This document shows, in pieces, positions 1 to 11,373 of a DNA stretch of 64,000 nucleotides; position 1 is the first letter of the stretch, and each line of letters starts with the position of its first letter. The position numbers and the translations under genes were made by a program. Where the stretch lies: the NCBI GenBank assembly GCA_001929475.1, contig LXFE01002636.1:1-64000 (forward strand). The letters are read 5' to 3'. The notes below the pieces were generated by a model. That model saw only the letters and a program-made list of their open reading frames with translations, searched no databases and had not been told where the DNA came from. Source of the DNA: Neolecta irregularis DAH-3 (taxonomy: Eukaryota).

Positions 1-99
1 ATATCAACACTCTTCAAACTGAAACAAAAACTGAAAATCTTCTAGTTGGCTATATTTGTTTCAATGAAAGGTTATGAATATCCCTCCTCACCCATTACC

Positions 100-304
100 G
101 GCTGCCCTTCTCGCCTGTTACCGCCTGCCTTCCTCACCCTTTACCACCTGCCATCCTTGCGGCCTTGCCTGTTATTGCCTGCCTTCCTTGCCTGTTATTG
201 CGCTGCCTACCTCGCCAATTACTGCTCCCCCTACTCGTCCTTTATCACCCCACCCTCTTACCTGTTACTGCCAGCCCTCTTCACCTGTTATTGCTGCTGC
301 TGCC
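100..304. repeat. Degenerate ~21-bp tandem repeat (CCTGCCTTCCTYGCCTGTTAYY-like)
   Basis: Recurrent cctgttattgc / cctgttac / gccttcct units. The overlapping ORFs are low-complexity by-products of the repeat. Confidence 0.55.
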
Positions 305-367
305 ACAGGAAGAGAATTATATACACTGTAGCAGTATACTTGTTTTTTAAAATATTCCTGCCCTTAT

Positions 368-481
368 GCCACAACCCAAAGTGGTTATCACATGTTATGC
401 CCTCACGCCACAACCCAAAATGGTTATCACCCGCGGGTTTTTAATGGGCCGGGCTAAGCCCACGGCCCGTCCCCAACACTG
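368..481. mobile_element. Putative DNA-transposon (hAT-like) terminus with subterminal direct repeats
   Basis: Direct repeat GCCACAACCCAAARTGGTTATCAC (x2), GGGCC/GGCCC motifs, ending ...GCCCGTCCCCAACACTG. A 15/17-identical end recurs at 1288-1304. No transposase is visible. Confidence 0.35.
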
Positions 482-1493
482 CTCCCGCAGCTCCTCGAGC
501 GCCAGACATTAGGGGTAGGAATGATTTGAGGGATTTAAAGGTTCTGGAAGACCTAGAACAGGGGTGTCAATGTATTCCTGGATGAACTGGAAGAGGTTAT
601 TGAATACGGTAATTGAGTGATTCGATTGAGTTGTAATGGGTATTAGTGAAACGTTGACATCTCAAGTTCAATTGATACAAAGACCAATACTTGAGACTAC
701 TCACATGATATCTAGGTGGTCTGGGAATCAATTAAATTTAAAAGACAGGTATTTACATCATATGCCCAGCCCCCTTTGCCCTCCCACTTGAACGATCTAA
801 TTCTGGGTCTCACAGTATTCTTTGCATACTATGCATTTGATTCACGAGCCAGAATGCATAAATATGTTGTTGTTCCTCCACTTCATCCTTTTTGCGGTGA
901 AAGCGTATGCGATGCCTGAGGCGAGTGTGTTTACGGGAGATCGCAGGGACCAAGGGCAAAGCTGAGCGCAAAGGTGAGGGCAAAGGCGGGCACTGGTGGG
1001 ACGTTGCACTGGAAGAGAGCATGTTGTTGGAAACGAATTGTTGTGCTGCTGTTGCTGCTAAGTGACAGTCGTGCTGCAGATGCCTGGTGCAAAATAATTT
1101 GTATCATTTCATTGCAATCCCTCACATGTTTAGTAGCATGTGAATGATTTTACTAGTGATATATTGGGTTAATACACCCGCATATCACTGTCCCTAGCGA
1201 ATCAGAAGGAGGTGTGAGATTGAGACAAACCGGGCTTCACATGGTCTATGGGCCGGTCCGGTCCCTCAGAAAAGCCAATGAGCTTTCGCCCATCCACAAC
1301 ACTGTAGAAAAGAAAGACAAAGACCATCCTTGTAACATCTTTGTGATGACTCATTGGCAGCTTCTGCCATATTCTGGCTTCTCACTGAGACTTCTCCTAA
1401 AGGGTCTTTCTTTGAGACACACCAATATAATTAACCTCTCTATAAATGGCCAAGATCCAGTTTATCTAGGAGACAGAGTGCCCCAGCATCACC

Positions 1494-3632
1494 ATGTTGT
1501 TTTTAAGGCATTTCCTTTTCCTTCATGGATGCTACTTATGTTTGCAGGACTATGTCCTTCGGCATCCTTGCTGCTATGCGTGCTACTGCGACACTACACC
1601 ATTTTGCGGGAAACACACATGTTACCACACTGGATCACAATGATCTACCATTGCTCGACCCAGTAACTGAGTTGCAAAAACTATGGGATAATCCATCTGA
1701 AAAAGGTATTCGTCGGTGTGATCAGAAACAGTACAACCGCATGAAACAGGAATATGGAAATCCATTTTATATTGTGGCAGTCATATTAGATGGATGCGAA
1801 CCCATTGGTAAAGCTGCGGTGGACCTCAGTTATCACAGTATTGTGAATTGTCGAGTTAGGTTGAGAAAGTCATCTGCGATTTTGGTAACACTTTGTGACT
1901 ATGGCCATATTGATCTGGCAGTTTACTAAATCAGATCCAACCAATACATCGCAACAGAAAGCAAAGCATGCTATTGAAACAGTTCTGGAATTAATCAGTA
2001 ATGATCAAGGATATTTGACATACAAGAATGATCCTGAGAAATGGGTACGTGACCTACTTGTGCCTAGGCTTCGACCACAGCTTTTCCCGTATCCGGGGTG
2101 ATGCCTTCTCCTTATGGTTGCTGCTTATGGTTGTAGGAAGATACAGTTGGCCACTCCTATTATAGGTGCTACTGCAACACACCAAAATCTTGTGGGAAAT
2201 ACACAGGTTAGCGCACCGGATCCCAATGATCTACCAGTGTTCGACCCAGTAGCTGAGCTGAAAAAACTATGGGATGATCCACCTGAAAAAGGCATTCGTC
2301 TTTGTCATCATAGTCTGTATGACTACATGAAACTGGAATATGGAGAGGCCCTTCATATTGTGGCAGTCATATTAGACGGATGCGAACCCATTGGTAGACC
2401 TGTGGATAAGCCATCATATCACTCTATTGCTCTTCATCGATCTTTGTTGAGAAAGTCGGCGAAGATTTTGGTAACACTTTGTGACTGGCCATATTGATCT
2501 GGCAGTTTACTAAATCAAATCCAACCAATTTGTTTCAACAGAAAGCAAAGGAGACTATTAAAACAGTTCTGGAAATAATCAGCAATGATCAAAACTATTT
2601 GACATACAAGAATGATCCAGTGAAATGGGTATATGACAAGCTTGTGCCTAAGATTCGACCACAGCTTTTCTCACACTCCGGGTGATACCTTCTTCTTATG
2701 GATACTGCTTATGGTTATAGGAAGATATACTCAGCCACTCCTGTCATAGGTGCTACTGCAACACACCGAAATCTCGTAGGAAATACACAGGTTACCACAC
2801 GGGATCGCAATGTTCCACCAGTATCCGAGTTGGAACAACTATTGAATGCTCTACAGGACTACAACATTCCAGATCCCAATATTGTACCATTGTCTAATGG
2901 AATATCCACATTCAAAGAACTATTGGAAACTCTACCCCCAGCAGGAATTGGTCTGTGTGAGTGGACTGAATACTTTGACATAAAGGACAAGTATGGAGAC
3001 CCCTTCCTGATTGTGGCAGTCATGTTAAGAGGATGCATACCACATTATAATGCAGATAAACAAGTTGAAAATCCATATCTCAGGATCAAGAGACGTCGAA
3101 ATTTGTTGAGAAAGTCATCAGAGATTTTGGTAATACTTTGTGACTGTGGCCCTATTGATCTGACAGTTTAAAAAATCAGATGCAACCAATCCATTTCAAG
3201 AGAAAGCGAAACACACTATTGAAGCAGTTCTGAAGATAATAAGCAACGGTCCACATTATTTGATATACAGGAATGATCCGGAGAAATGGGTATATCACTC
3301 CCTTGTGCCTATTCTTTATCCATTTGACAGCTCGAAGAAAGAGGGGTATTGCCAAGTTATTACTGGTGGCTGCTTATTGTTGCAGGAGTGCCAAGCGGAA
3401 ATCGAAGAACATCGGGCCTCCAAAGAAGCAACAAAAAATAGATCATGTCAAACCTCATGATAACAATTCTGCCCTGAGCGGTTATACCGGCTCTTCTGAC
3501 CCTGAAGGAAGTCACTCTGGTGAACAAAGTATTACAACTGGGAATGGACATGTAGATGTATCAAACATAGCTGTAGACATTGTCTATGAGTCTGATGATG
3601 AGGACAACTCCTCCACAGATGTCGACGAATGA
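1494..3632 (+). CDS. Orphan 623-aa protein with three tandem ~170-200-aa repeats, a possible N-terminal signal and a basic/acidic tail (8 exons)
   Basis: Exons 1494-1507, 1548-1884, 1922-2097, 2137-2470, 2506-2681, 2721-3129, 3167-3345 and 3386-3632 sum to 1872 nt in one open frame. Introns are 35-40 nt at homologous positions. Repeated motifs IVAVxLxGCxP and YxNDPxKWV. TATAAA at 1441. Confidence 0.75.
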
Positions 3633-4104
3633 GGAAGATAATTCATAAAAATCTCATAGACACAAGTCCTAGCCTTATCATCTGCAGATATGAAAGCAAA
3701 TATATCTTGGTTTGAGTCTTTTGAAACATCAATCTGATATTGGTTAATTGTAAAAATGAATGTGCCTACAATAGGTAGCAATGGATACTACCCTTGATAT
3801 GAAAGCGATAGAATCTCCTGTTTGAAATACGGAATGCGAGAAGCTGTTGCAAACGCGCCAGCACCCAGAAGTAATACACCAACATCTCTTAACACCGCCC
3901 ATCGTTGGCGAGGCTCCTGATTGCAATTATCTGTTTTGCTCTGCCCACAACCTACAGAACGCCGCCATGTACTGCATCGCCACTTACCGCGACGGCGCAC
4001 GGGAGTGACGCAAACCCCACCGAGAAGGGTGAGAAAGAAAAGGGTAAAACCTGGACAAAGGGGCTCCGGTTGGGCACAGCGGGCCTCACCATGTATGGCA
4101 AGTA

Positions 4105-4253
4105 TGTAAGATGTCAAAGAGCACGCAAAGCAGCGGTATTCTCAGATGTAAATTAGATTAGGTATGCCGAAGCTCTAAGGTCTACTTACTTAGATTAGGA
4201 AATATAATCCGATCTTATTTGTACTCAGAGCTNNNNNNNNNNTACGACTTACA
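4105..4253 (+). mobile_element. LTR remnant, same family as the solo LTR at 26674-26857, interrupted by an assembly gap
   Basis: Starts TGTAAG and ends ACGACTTACA. It shares CCGATCTTATTTGTAC and ACGACTTACA with the reverse complement of the 26.7-kb LTR. Confidence 0.6.
4233..4242. other. Scaffold gap (10 N)
   Basis: Run of N in the sequence. Confidence 1.
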
Positions 4254-5494
4254 TTTCCTCTATCAAATTATACCAACCTCCTGCGGGGAAACTATATGGC
4301 GACACCAATTTGCATTTTGTCACAAGCCCAGCGATTGCTCCTGGTGAGGTCCTGATTGATGGCTAAGAGACCAAGGGTAAAGATATGCCGGCATATCCTT
4401 ACTAATGCGGCAAGAATGACTGGATAATATTACGGCAATAAAAAGCAGAAAATAAAAGTATCTATCCATACCTAGTTCAAGTGATGTGAGCTTACACTAT
4501 GTATGTCCTCTGTTAAAGACTTTCACATCGACTATCAATAAACCCTGGTCTTCATTGTACTTTGGGTATGCAGCTTACAAGAGTGTACGAATGTGGGGAC
4601 TTGATCGTCGCCCAGACTGCACAGGCACCCTCATCGCAAGCCACCACGACTCCCGCTACGGTTCAGCACCCACTCAAGCCTGACGGTGGCAAGCAGTACC
4701 ACCGAGCCAAGTCAGGCTGTTACAGCAATAATATACATAGTTGCCTTTATCTCCTGAATCGCAATCGTATATTTCCAGCAAAGCCTCCTGGGCGGCAAGT
4801 CCGGACGCCCAACGCTCACAACGAATGTGTTGTTCAAGATGCTCTCGTATGTCGCAGAATTGCCTTCTCCCAATGTACTCCATAGTGGTCGTGCGCTTAA
4901 TAAATTCTATCCTAATCAGATATTGCATTTCTAACAATCATCCAATAAAATCCTTGTTCTTGCTTCGTTCATATTCATATTCCTTTAGAACTCATTAATC
5001 ACCATCTCTGTCGGTAAGGAAAGGTCATCTTTGATGAGTCATCCTTCCATAGAGTATTCTCAATAATCGGGAATATTCAGAGTGCTGGTGTTGTTAGAAA
5101 TATTCCACGGGTGGAATTCCATTTTCTTTCTATATCTTTACATTCTTGTCAACATAGAGGATGTCGTAGTCAAGGTCGATACTTGGCTAGATAGCTTTCT
5201 CCGCTCTCTAGTTCAGACACCAAATCACTCCCTCTTTCTTATTATTATGAATAAAATTGAACAGGACTGCTTTTCTGGCAGGTTTAGCCTCTGTGGGACA
5301 CAGTTCTAACTGTTCTCGGATAACCAATGCCCGATTCTTAATCCTCGGCTTTCTTGTGACTCGACTGATGCAAGTCAGAGATATTTTAGATTTTAAAATT
5401 ATCTATTTCAAAGGGGCTCGATATATCATTTATAGATATTGTAGGGTACCTAGTTCTGTGAAACCTGCAACTAGTTGTTAAACCCATGCCCTGA

Positions 5495-6305
5495 ATGAAT
5501 ATACCTCATAGCCTGAATATGCGCAATGGCAAAACTCTCTGTCTTCCCACCATACAGCCCAGTCGAGGTTTGGATCGATACAATGACAACGAAGGCTATG
5601 AACCAGCAAGTAGTAGCCAGTCAAGTGCATCGGCACATCGAGTTACGCCTGCAGAATACGTAACTAGATCTGCTACCCTATTCAGATCGGCTATAGCAAC
5701 ACAATTACATTCAAGTTTAACCGAATCTGATGATGAATACTATGACAAAACTCTCGATGGAGCTTTTGAACCGGCAAGTTCCTTTGACGGGCAAAGAGTT
5801 GTTGAATTGGGTTCATATCGACTCAATGTTGTCGGCATAAGATACTACGACGGTATGACCTTTATGGGTGAACATGTAAGACTTTTTGTTTTGAGGAAAA
5901 ATGCTAGTGCAAGGTCACATTGATGCGAGAATCTAACAACCGATATGATCGAAATGCTATCCGAGTAGGCGCGTATGCTGGATTTCCATTGCATCCTAAT
6001 ATATTAGATAATCTGAAGGGGGAGCATGTCGGACATATTGACAAAGAAATAGCAAAACATCTTGCGCCAATGCTCGTAGGTTTCAATTCGGTTTAAAGTG
6101 TTTTTTAAGATGCTCTTAGGATACAGGCAAAATTTTTCTAGAAGCGGTCGTAATTGGCGATAAAACGGTTTACGATTTACCTATTCAAGTGGGTTTTTAC
6201 TGCGATTGGCTAAGATGCGCCGATACAATTGGAGAATTGGGCGAAAGAGGTATCCGGTTGCTTTCCCCAATAAACCATTTTCAGCAAGCATTATCTTCCC
6301 ATTGA
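5495..6305 (+). CDS. Stand-alone HIRAN-domain protein (Rad5/HLTF-type HIRAN)
   Basis: Spliced product NVVGIRYYDG...VTLMRESNNRYDRNAIRVDN..GEHVGHI..EIAKHLAPMLD matches the HIRAN signature. Introns 5876-5913, 5969-6007 (GC-AG) and 6076-6119. Stop TGA at 6303-6305. Confidence 0.8.
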
Positions 6306-6598
6306 ACCACTAGACAAACAATGGGGCGACAGAAAGCTTGTAACATTAGAGGTGTTACATCGTTGTCATTCCCTGAGGATTCGCTCATTCAACACGTTTA
6401 TTCAGAACGTTATTCGATGCTTTAGCCAATATAAAATGTGATCAAAGTGGGCTTACGTTGTGTGTTTGCAGTATCAGATTATGCTCTCGATTCATATTTA
6501 TTACCAGGAAGTGTATGTATGTATATCTAATAAATAGAAAAATCAATTCTATAAATAATCGCCCGGTTTTCTATCAAATCCTGTAATTAACCACCGGC

Positions 6599-7795
6599 AT
6601 GCCTTCTAATGTTGTCATAACCGGCGCCTCGGGTCTTTTGGGCCGCGCAGTCTTCAAAGCTTTCAAAGATTCTCCTCATTGGAATCGTATAGCCTGTCTT
6701 TTATGGTTTCTCTAACTCGGTATATAGCATATGGAATAGCTTACTCCCGTCCCTCTCCCCCAGATATTCAGAAAGTAGATATCACTGATCATGTTGAGCT
6801 CGCTTCGTACATATCACATGTTAAGCCTCGTGCTATAGTTCATTGTGCTGCAGAACGACGACCAGATATCTGTGAAGATCCACACCAGCGAGAGAGAACT
6901 CAAAAGTTGAATGTGGAAGCTAGCCGAAAGCTAGCAGAATCGGCAAAAGAGCAGGACGCCTTGCTGATTTATATCTCGACTGGTAGGCACGATCAAAATC
7001 TATAAACTGATGGTACAGATTTTGTCTTTAACGGTAGAAATGCTCCGTACTCGGAGAGGGATGAGACAGAGTTTTTCCACTTTCCAGGATTCGCTGGAAT
7101 ATTAGTCCATTAAATGTTTACAGCATCTCGAAAAGAAAGGGCGAGCTGGCTGTTCTTGAAGTACATGAAAAAGCAATCATTTTGCGAGTTCCAGTCCTGT
7201 ATAGCATGCCGGCCCGATTCGCATAACTGACCACCAAGATATGGAGAAGTCGAAAGGAACAATGAATCAGCTGTGAATACTTTGGTTGATGCCGTCATGA
7301 ATGTTCAGATGAAAAAACAAGTCGATGTTGATCATTATTATCGGCGATATCGTATATTCCTTGTTATCGGTAGTCAGCTAATTACGAAGCGACAAATACT
7401 TCCGATGTCGGTCGAGTGATTCATCAGTTATGCGGTATACCTTTGCCTGAATACAATGTCCAACGCTGATTCTATAGAAAAACTTGCATTTCAAAAGATT
7501 CACTTGGAATGTCGCATTTTTCATTTTACCGCCGATGAAATGTTCACAAAGTATGATATGTGTGTTATTTTCGGAGAAATTATGGCTGTTCCGATTAATC
7601 ATTTGAGAAACATTGACACGATTGACAAGGAGGCTTCAAGTATGCTGTTCAAAAGATTTAATTGACGAAATAGCACCTCGGCCATATGACACTCATTTAC
7701 AAATGAACAATCTGGAAAGACTAGGTATTGATGTTTCGTCTGTGCCATTCAAGGAATGGTGGAAAAGATTTGGGTTCAAAGCTTACAAGCACTGA
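6599..7795 (+). CDS. RmlD-like extended SDR (dTDP-4-dehydrorhamnose reductase / MAT2B-like)
   Basis: VVITGASGLLG Rossmann motif, VHCAAERRPD, LIYISTD, YSISK (YxxxK), LRVPVLYG, PRPYDTHL. Multi-exon. Confidence 0.88.
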
Positions 7796-7898
7796 ACAGA
7801 TATACTCATTCAACGGCGACCGATAGTAGAAATATAAAAAGAAATGTCAAATACATGACTAAGGTACAATTTCTCTTCACATTCATTGTCACGTTTTT

Positions 7899-9394
7899 CT
7901 AAATGAGATCTGCAACATTCATCTGAATTTGAATTAGTAAAGAAACTCTGGAGTAGGCATACAGGCATCTCATCGATCTGCGTACTGTAATATTGCTCGA
8001 TATCTCTCAAAATTCGCACATCTTCAGCAGTAACGAAATTGATAGCAACACCTTTTCTACCAAAACGGCCACTTCGTCCTATTCTATGAATATAGTTTTC
8101 TCGATTGGGTGGCAGATCATAGTTGATCACAAGAGAAACTTGTTGAACCTATTTATAAGCATGGTGCAAGGTCCATAGCATACATCAATACCGCGAGCCC
8201 AAACGTCAGTTGTAATAAGAACTCGAGAATTTCCTTGTCTGAAATCTTGCATAATTGTATCTCGTTCTTTCTGCGGCATTTCTCCATGCATACTGACAGG
8301 TCAATAAAACCTAAAGGGAGGGTTGAGAACCTTGCAACAGTGAAATTCGCCTCTCTCATTTTTTCTGTCAACCAATCAACCTTTCTTTTCGTATTACAGA
8401 AAATGACAGCTTGAGTAATGGTCAGAGTGTCGTAGAGCTATCCGGTCAGCTCGCACCTACAACAATAGCTACATCACAGAGCGTATCAAATTTCCACTCT
8501 TCTTTTTCTACAGCAATGAAATATTGCTTTAATCCCTCGAGAGTCAATTCATCTCGCTTGACCAAGATTCTGATCGGATCCGTCATGAATTTTTGGGTGA
8601 GAGAGAGGACGTCATAAGGCAAGGTAGCGCTTACAACAACAACTTGAGTAGCAGGTGGTAAATAACGATAGACATCGTAAATTTGCTCTTTAAAACCTCT
8701 GTTGAGAAGCTCATCTGCTTCGTCCAGCACCAACATCTTGATGTTTCGAGTCCGAAGATTTCGGCGGCGGATCATGTCTGCTACACGACCAGGCGTTCCT
8801 GAGACGATATGCTGACCATGGTCGAGTTTTCGTATATCTTCGCCTACATTTGTTCCCCCAATACAGGCATGACATTGGACCTGAGAGTTATGCGGTTAAA
8901 TAGAGGGATTTTACATTTAGAAAATCTCCCAGAGCTAGGATCACATTTTGGGTTTGAACCGCTAATTCTCGAGTTGGCGAAAGAATCAACGCTTGAGTCT
9001 CGCGAACTCCCGTATCAATACTTTGGAGTATAGAAATAGAGAATGTAGCTGTTTTACCCGTTCCAGACTGTGCTTGAGCGATCACATCTATGTGTATCAG
9101 TAAATAATCCGCATCTCATGCCATACCGCGTCCCTTTGTAATTTGTGCAATAGCTCTCGACTGAACAGCACTAGGCGCTTCAAATCCGTAACTGTAAATT
9201 CCTCTCAACAGGTCTTCCTTGAGTTTCATATCCTCAACTATTGGTATCAGACAAATTTCGAAAAAGGAGGAAAAGCTTACAAGTCGAGGCGCTGCAAGGT
9301 TAGTTCAGCGGAGGGGGAGAACGCACATTGTCACTTCCTTTGAAGTCTCGAATTCGAGGCGATCATCGATAATAGCAGCGGTGGTTTCGGTCAT
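7899..9394 (-). CDS. FAL1: DEAD-box RNA helicase eIF4A-III / Fal1
   Basis: [63 protein letters not shown]. Ends PMNVADLI. Confidence 0.96.
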
Positions 9395-9661
9395 TATGGA
9401 AAAGGAGCAGTAGACACAGCGAGGGTTGAACTTTTTAATCCGCCCAACCAAATCTACACCACCTGAATTTTCCAGTGACATACTGTTTCTATAATACATT
9501 GGACTGGATTGAGCAGTGAATGGCCATAAATAAATGTTTACTTCGTCCAGTTCATTAATCCGAGTTTTCTGGCGCAATTTGCTGATCAGAACCAGCATTT
9601 TTCGACATTAATCACTTCAAAACTCCCCATTCCTGTTCTGAGAAAATCTTATTTCTGTCGA

Positions 9662-10691
9662 ATGCCAGATCCATTGAATCCACTTAAACGAGTTGTTGCG
9701 CAATTTTTCCCTTCAGGTCCATCCAATATCACTTCGATCTCGTCCGAAATATCGGCAAATGTACCGCCTCAAAACACAAAAGATGCAACAGTTATCAATA
9801 CGCAACATATCTTTCCACTGGCTGAATCGTCATGGCATCGCCAGTCTACTAGCCGCAATTTTAATACTCTAGTAAAACATGTGAGGCACGTTGCAACATC
9901 CATCCCGCCTATCCATCCACAATCGCCCAAAAGATTGATCGTACCCTCCCTTTGTGGGGATCCGTCAAAGCCTACGAGAAGCATGTACTAATCGCGACTG
10001 AAGGAAAGTCCGACTGGCCATACTGTCTCGAAGATGAACACAATACTCTTGGAAAATACTTGTGGGAAAAAATGGGGAAGAAAGGAAAACAACCAATCAA
10101 TCTCACAAACATCTGCATGCATTCAAAAAATCGAGGAACGGATCTTCTCGTTTTGCCGGATTTCGATTACATATCTGGTGTGACTCGCCTGGACGCTTCA
10201 ATTATAGTGGAAAGCCTGATTAGTGACAAATGGGACAAAGGATTAAACATTCGAAAGGCAAAATATAAAGCTGTGGTATTGATTTGTTCGCATAAGAAAC
10301 GAGATCGAAGATGTGGTATTGCCGGACCAATTCTCCAGCAAGAGTTCCGCAAATATTTAAGGGAAAAGAATCTTTTGAGAAATTGGGATGAAGATGAGAC
10401 GGATAGTGTGGGTGTATTTTTGTGCAGTCATATTGGCGGGCATAAAGTGAATACGCCATTTGAGTATCGAATACTGACAAGGTAGTTTGCGGGAAACGTG
10501 GTTATATACCGGAGAAATGAAGGAGAGTGTATATGGCTTGGACGTGTAGAGCCTTGTCACGGTGTGTCTGGTATAATAGAAACATGCTAAAGTAAACAGT
10601 TCCACATATAGTTAGTGAGACAATCGAACATGGCAAGGTTTGGCCAGAGTTACTCCGGGGAGGTTTCAAAGGTAATGAAACTAGTTGGTAA
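9662..10691 (+). CDS. APD1: Sucrase/thioredoxin-like ferredoxin, Apd1/Aim32 family
   Basis: LWGSVKAYEKHVLIAT, LICSHKKRDRRCG (CX8C), SHIGGHKFAGNV (HxGGH), IWLGRVEP. Confidence 0.85.
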
Positions 10692-11373
10692 CATCATTTT
10701 GGGTTTTTTGAGGAAGTTGCATATATATTTATCTAATATCTACTGTGAGATGTGTTTGTATTGATTATAATCCCGCAAGAAGAACTCAAAGCGAAATAAA
10801 CATCAAATTCAGCAGACTTCGTAAATAATCCCAATCTCCGAATGTTTCCTCAATAGCAAATCTTTGGAAAATGTGGCACTAATTTAGAGACAGCCCTCCT
10901 GACAAAGCATGAATCCAGTTTATCAAATCCAAACTAGTCCAAGTATAGTTTAGTAGAGAATTCCTCCAGATATGTCCAGAAGAATCCTAAGGAATCACTC
11001 TTTAAAAGGCAAGATAGAAGCTCATTCATTACCTTTAGAGCAAGGCTTATTCCTATACTACTTATTCGATAACACAGTTCATCATCGGCTGAGTAGCGCA
11101 AGAGTAGCTGCACCGCTCTGATATTTGAAAATCACTGGGCTGATGGACCAACCCAATCACGATTAGGACATCGTACCACCAAAAGTCTCCAATGCTCACC
11201 TTTGGAGTGAAAAACAGTGACATTGTATGACCTACATAAGGACGTCGACGATGATGTTGAAAAAGAAGAACAAAAATAAATGCGCTTGAACCTTGACAAA
11301 CATTCCTTCTCCTGAAAATATAAAAAAGAAGATTAGACGAATTAAGAAGTAAAACTCCAAGATAAGAGTCATT

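Noticed and set aside
46-1125. Several short ORFs
   Set aside because: They are low-complexity or repeat-derived, mostly with non-ATG starts and no recognisable domain.
1525-3460. Frameshifted pseudogene reading of the repeat locus
   Set aside because: Every frame break coincides with a GT-AG intron of typical size whose removal restores the frame.
3788-4156. ORFs next to the LTR, possibly a retroelement tail or secreted peptide
   Set aside because: The 83-aa ORF starts at TTG and runs into the LTR. No RT, integrase or gag motif is visible.
4486-5481. Short ORFs on both strands
   Set aside because: No coherent spliced model or domain could be built; possibly degenerate sequence.
10700-11370. 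Long spacer that might hold an ncRNA
   Set aside because: No convincing snoRNA, snRNA or tRNA motifs. It is probably 3' UTR of the convergent genes.
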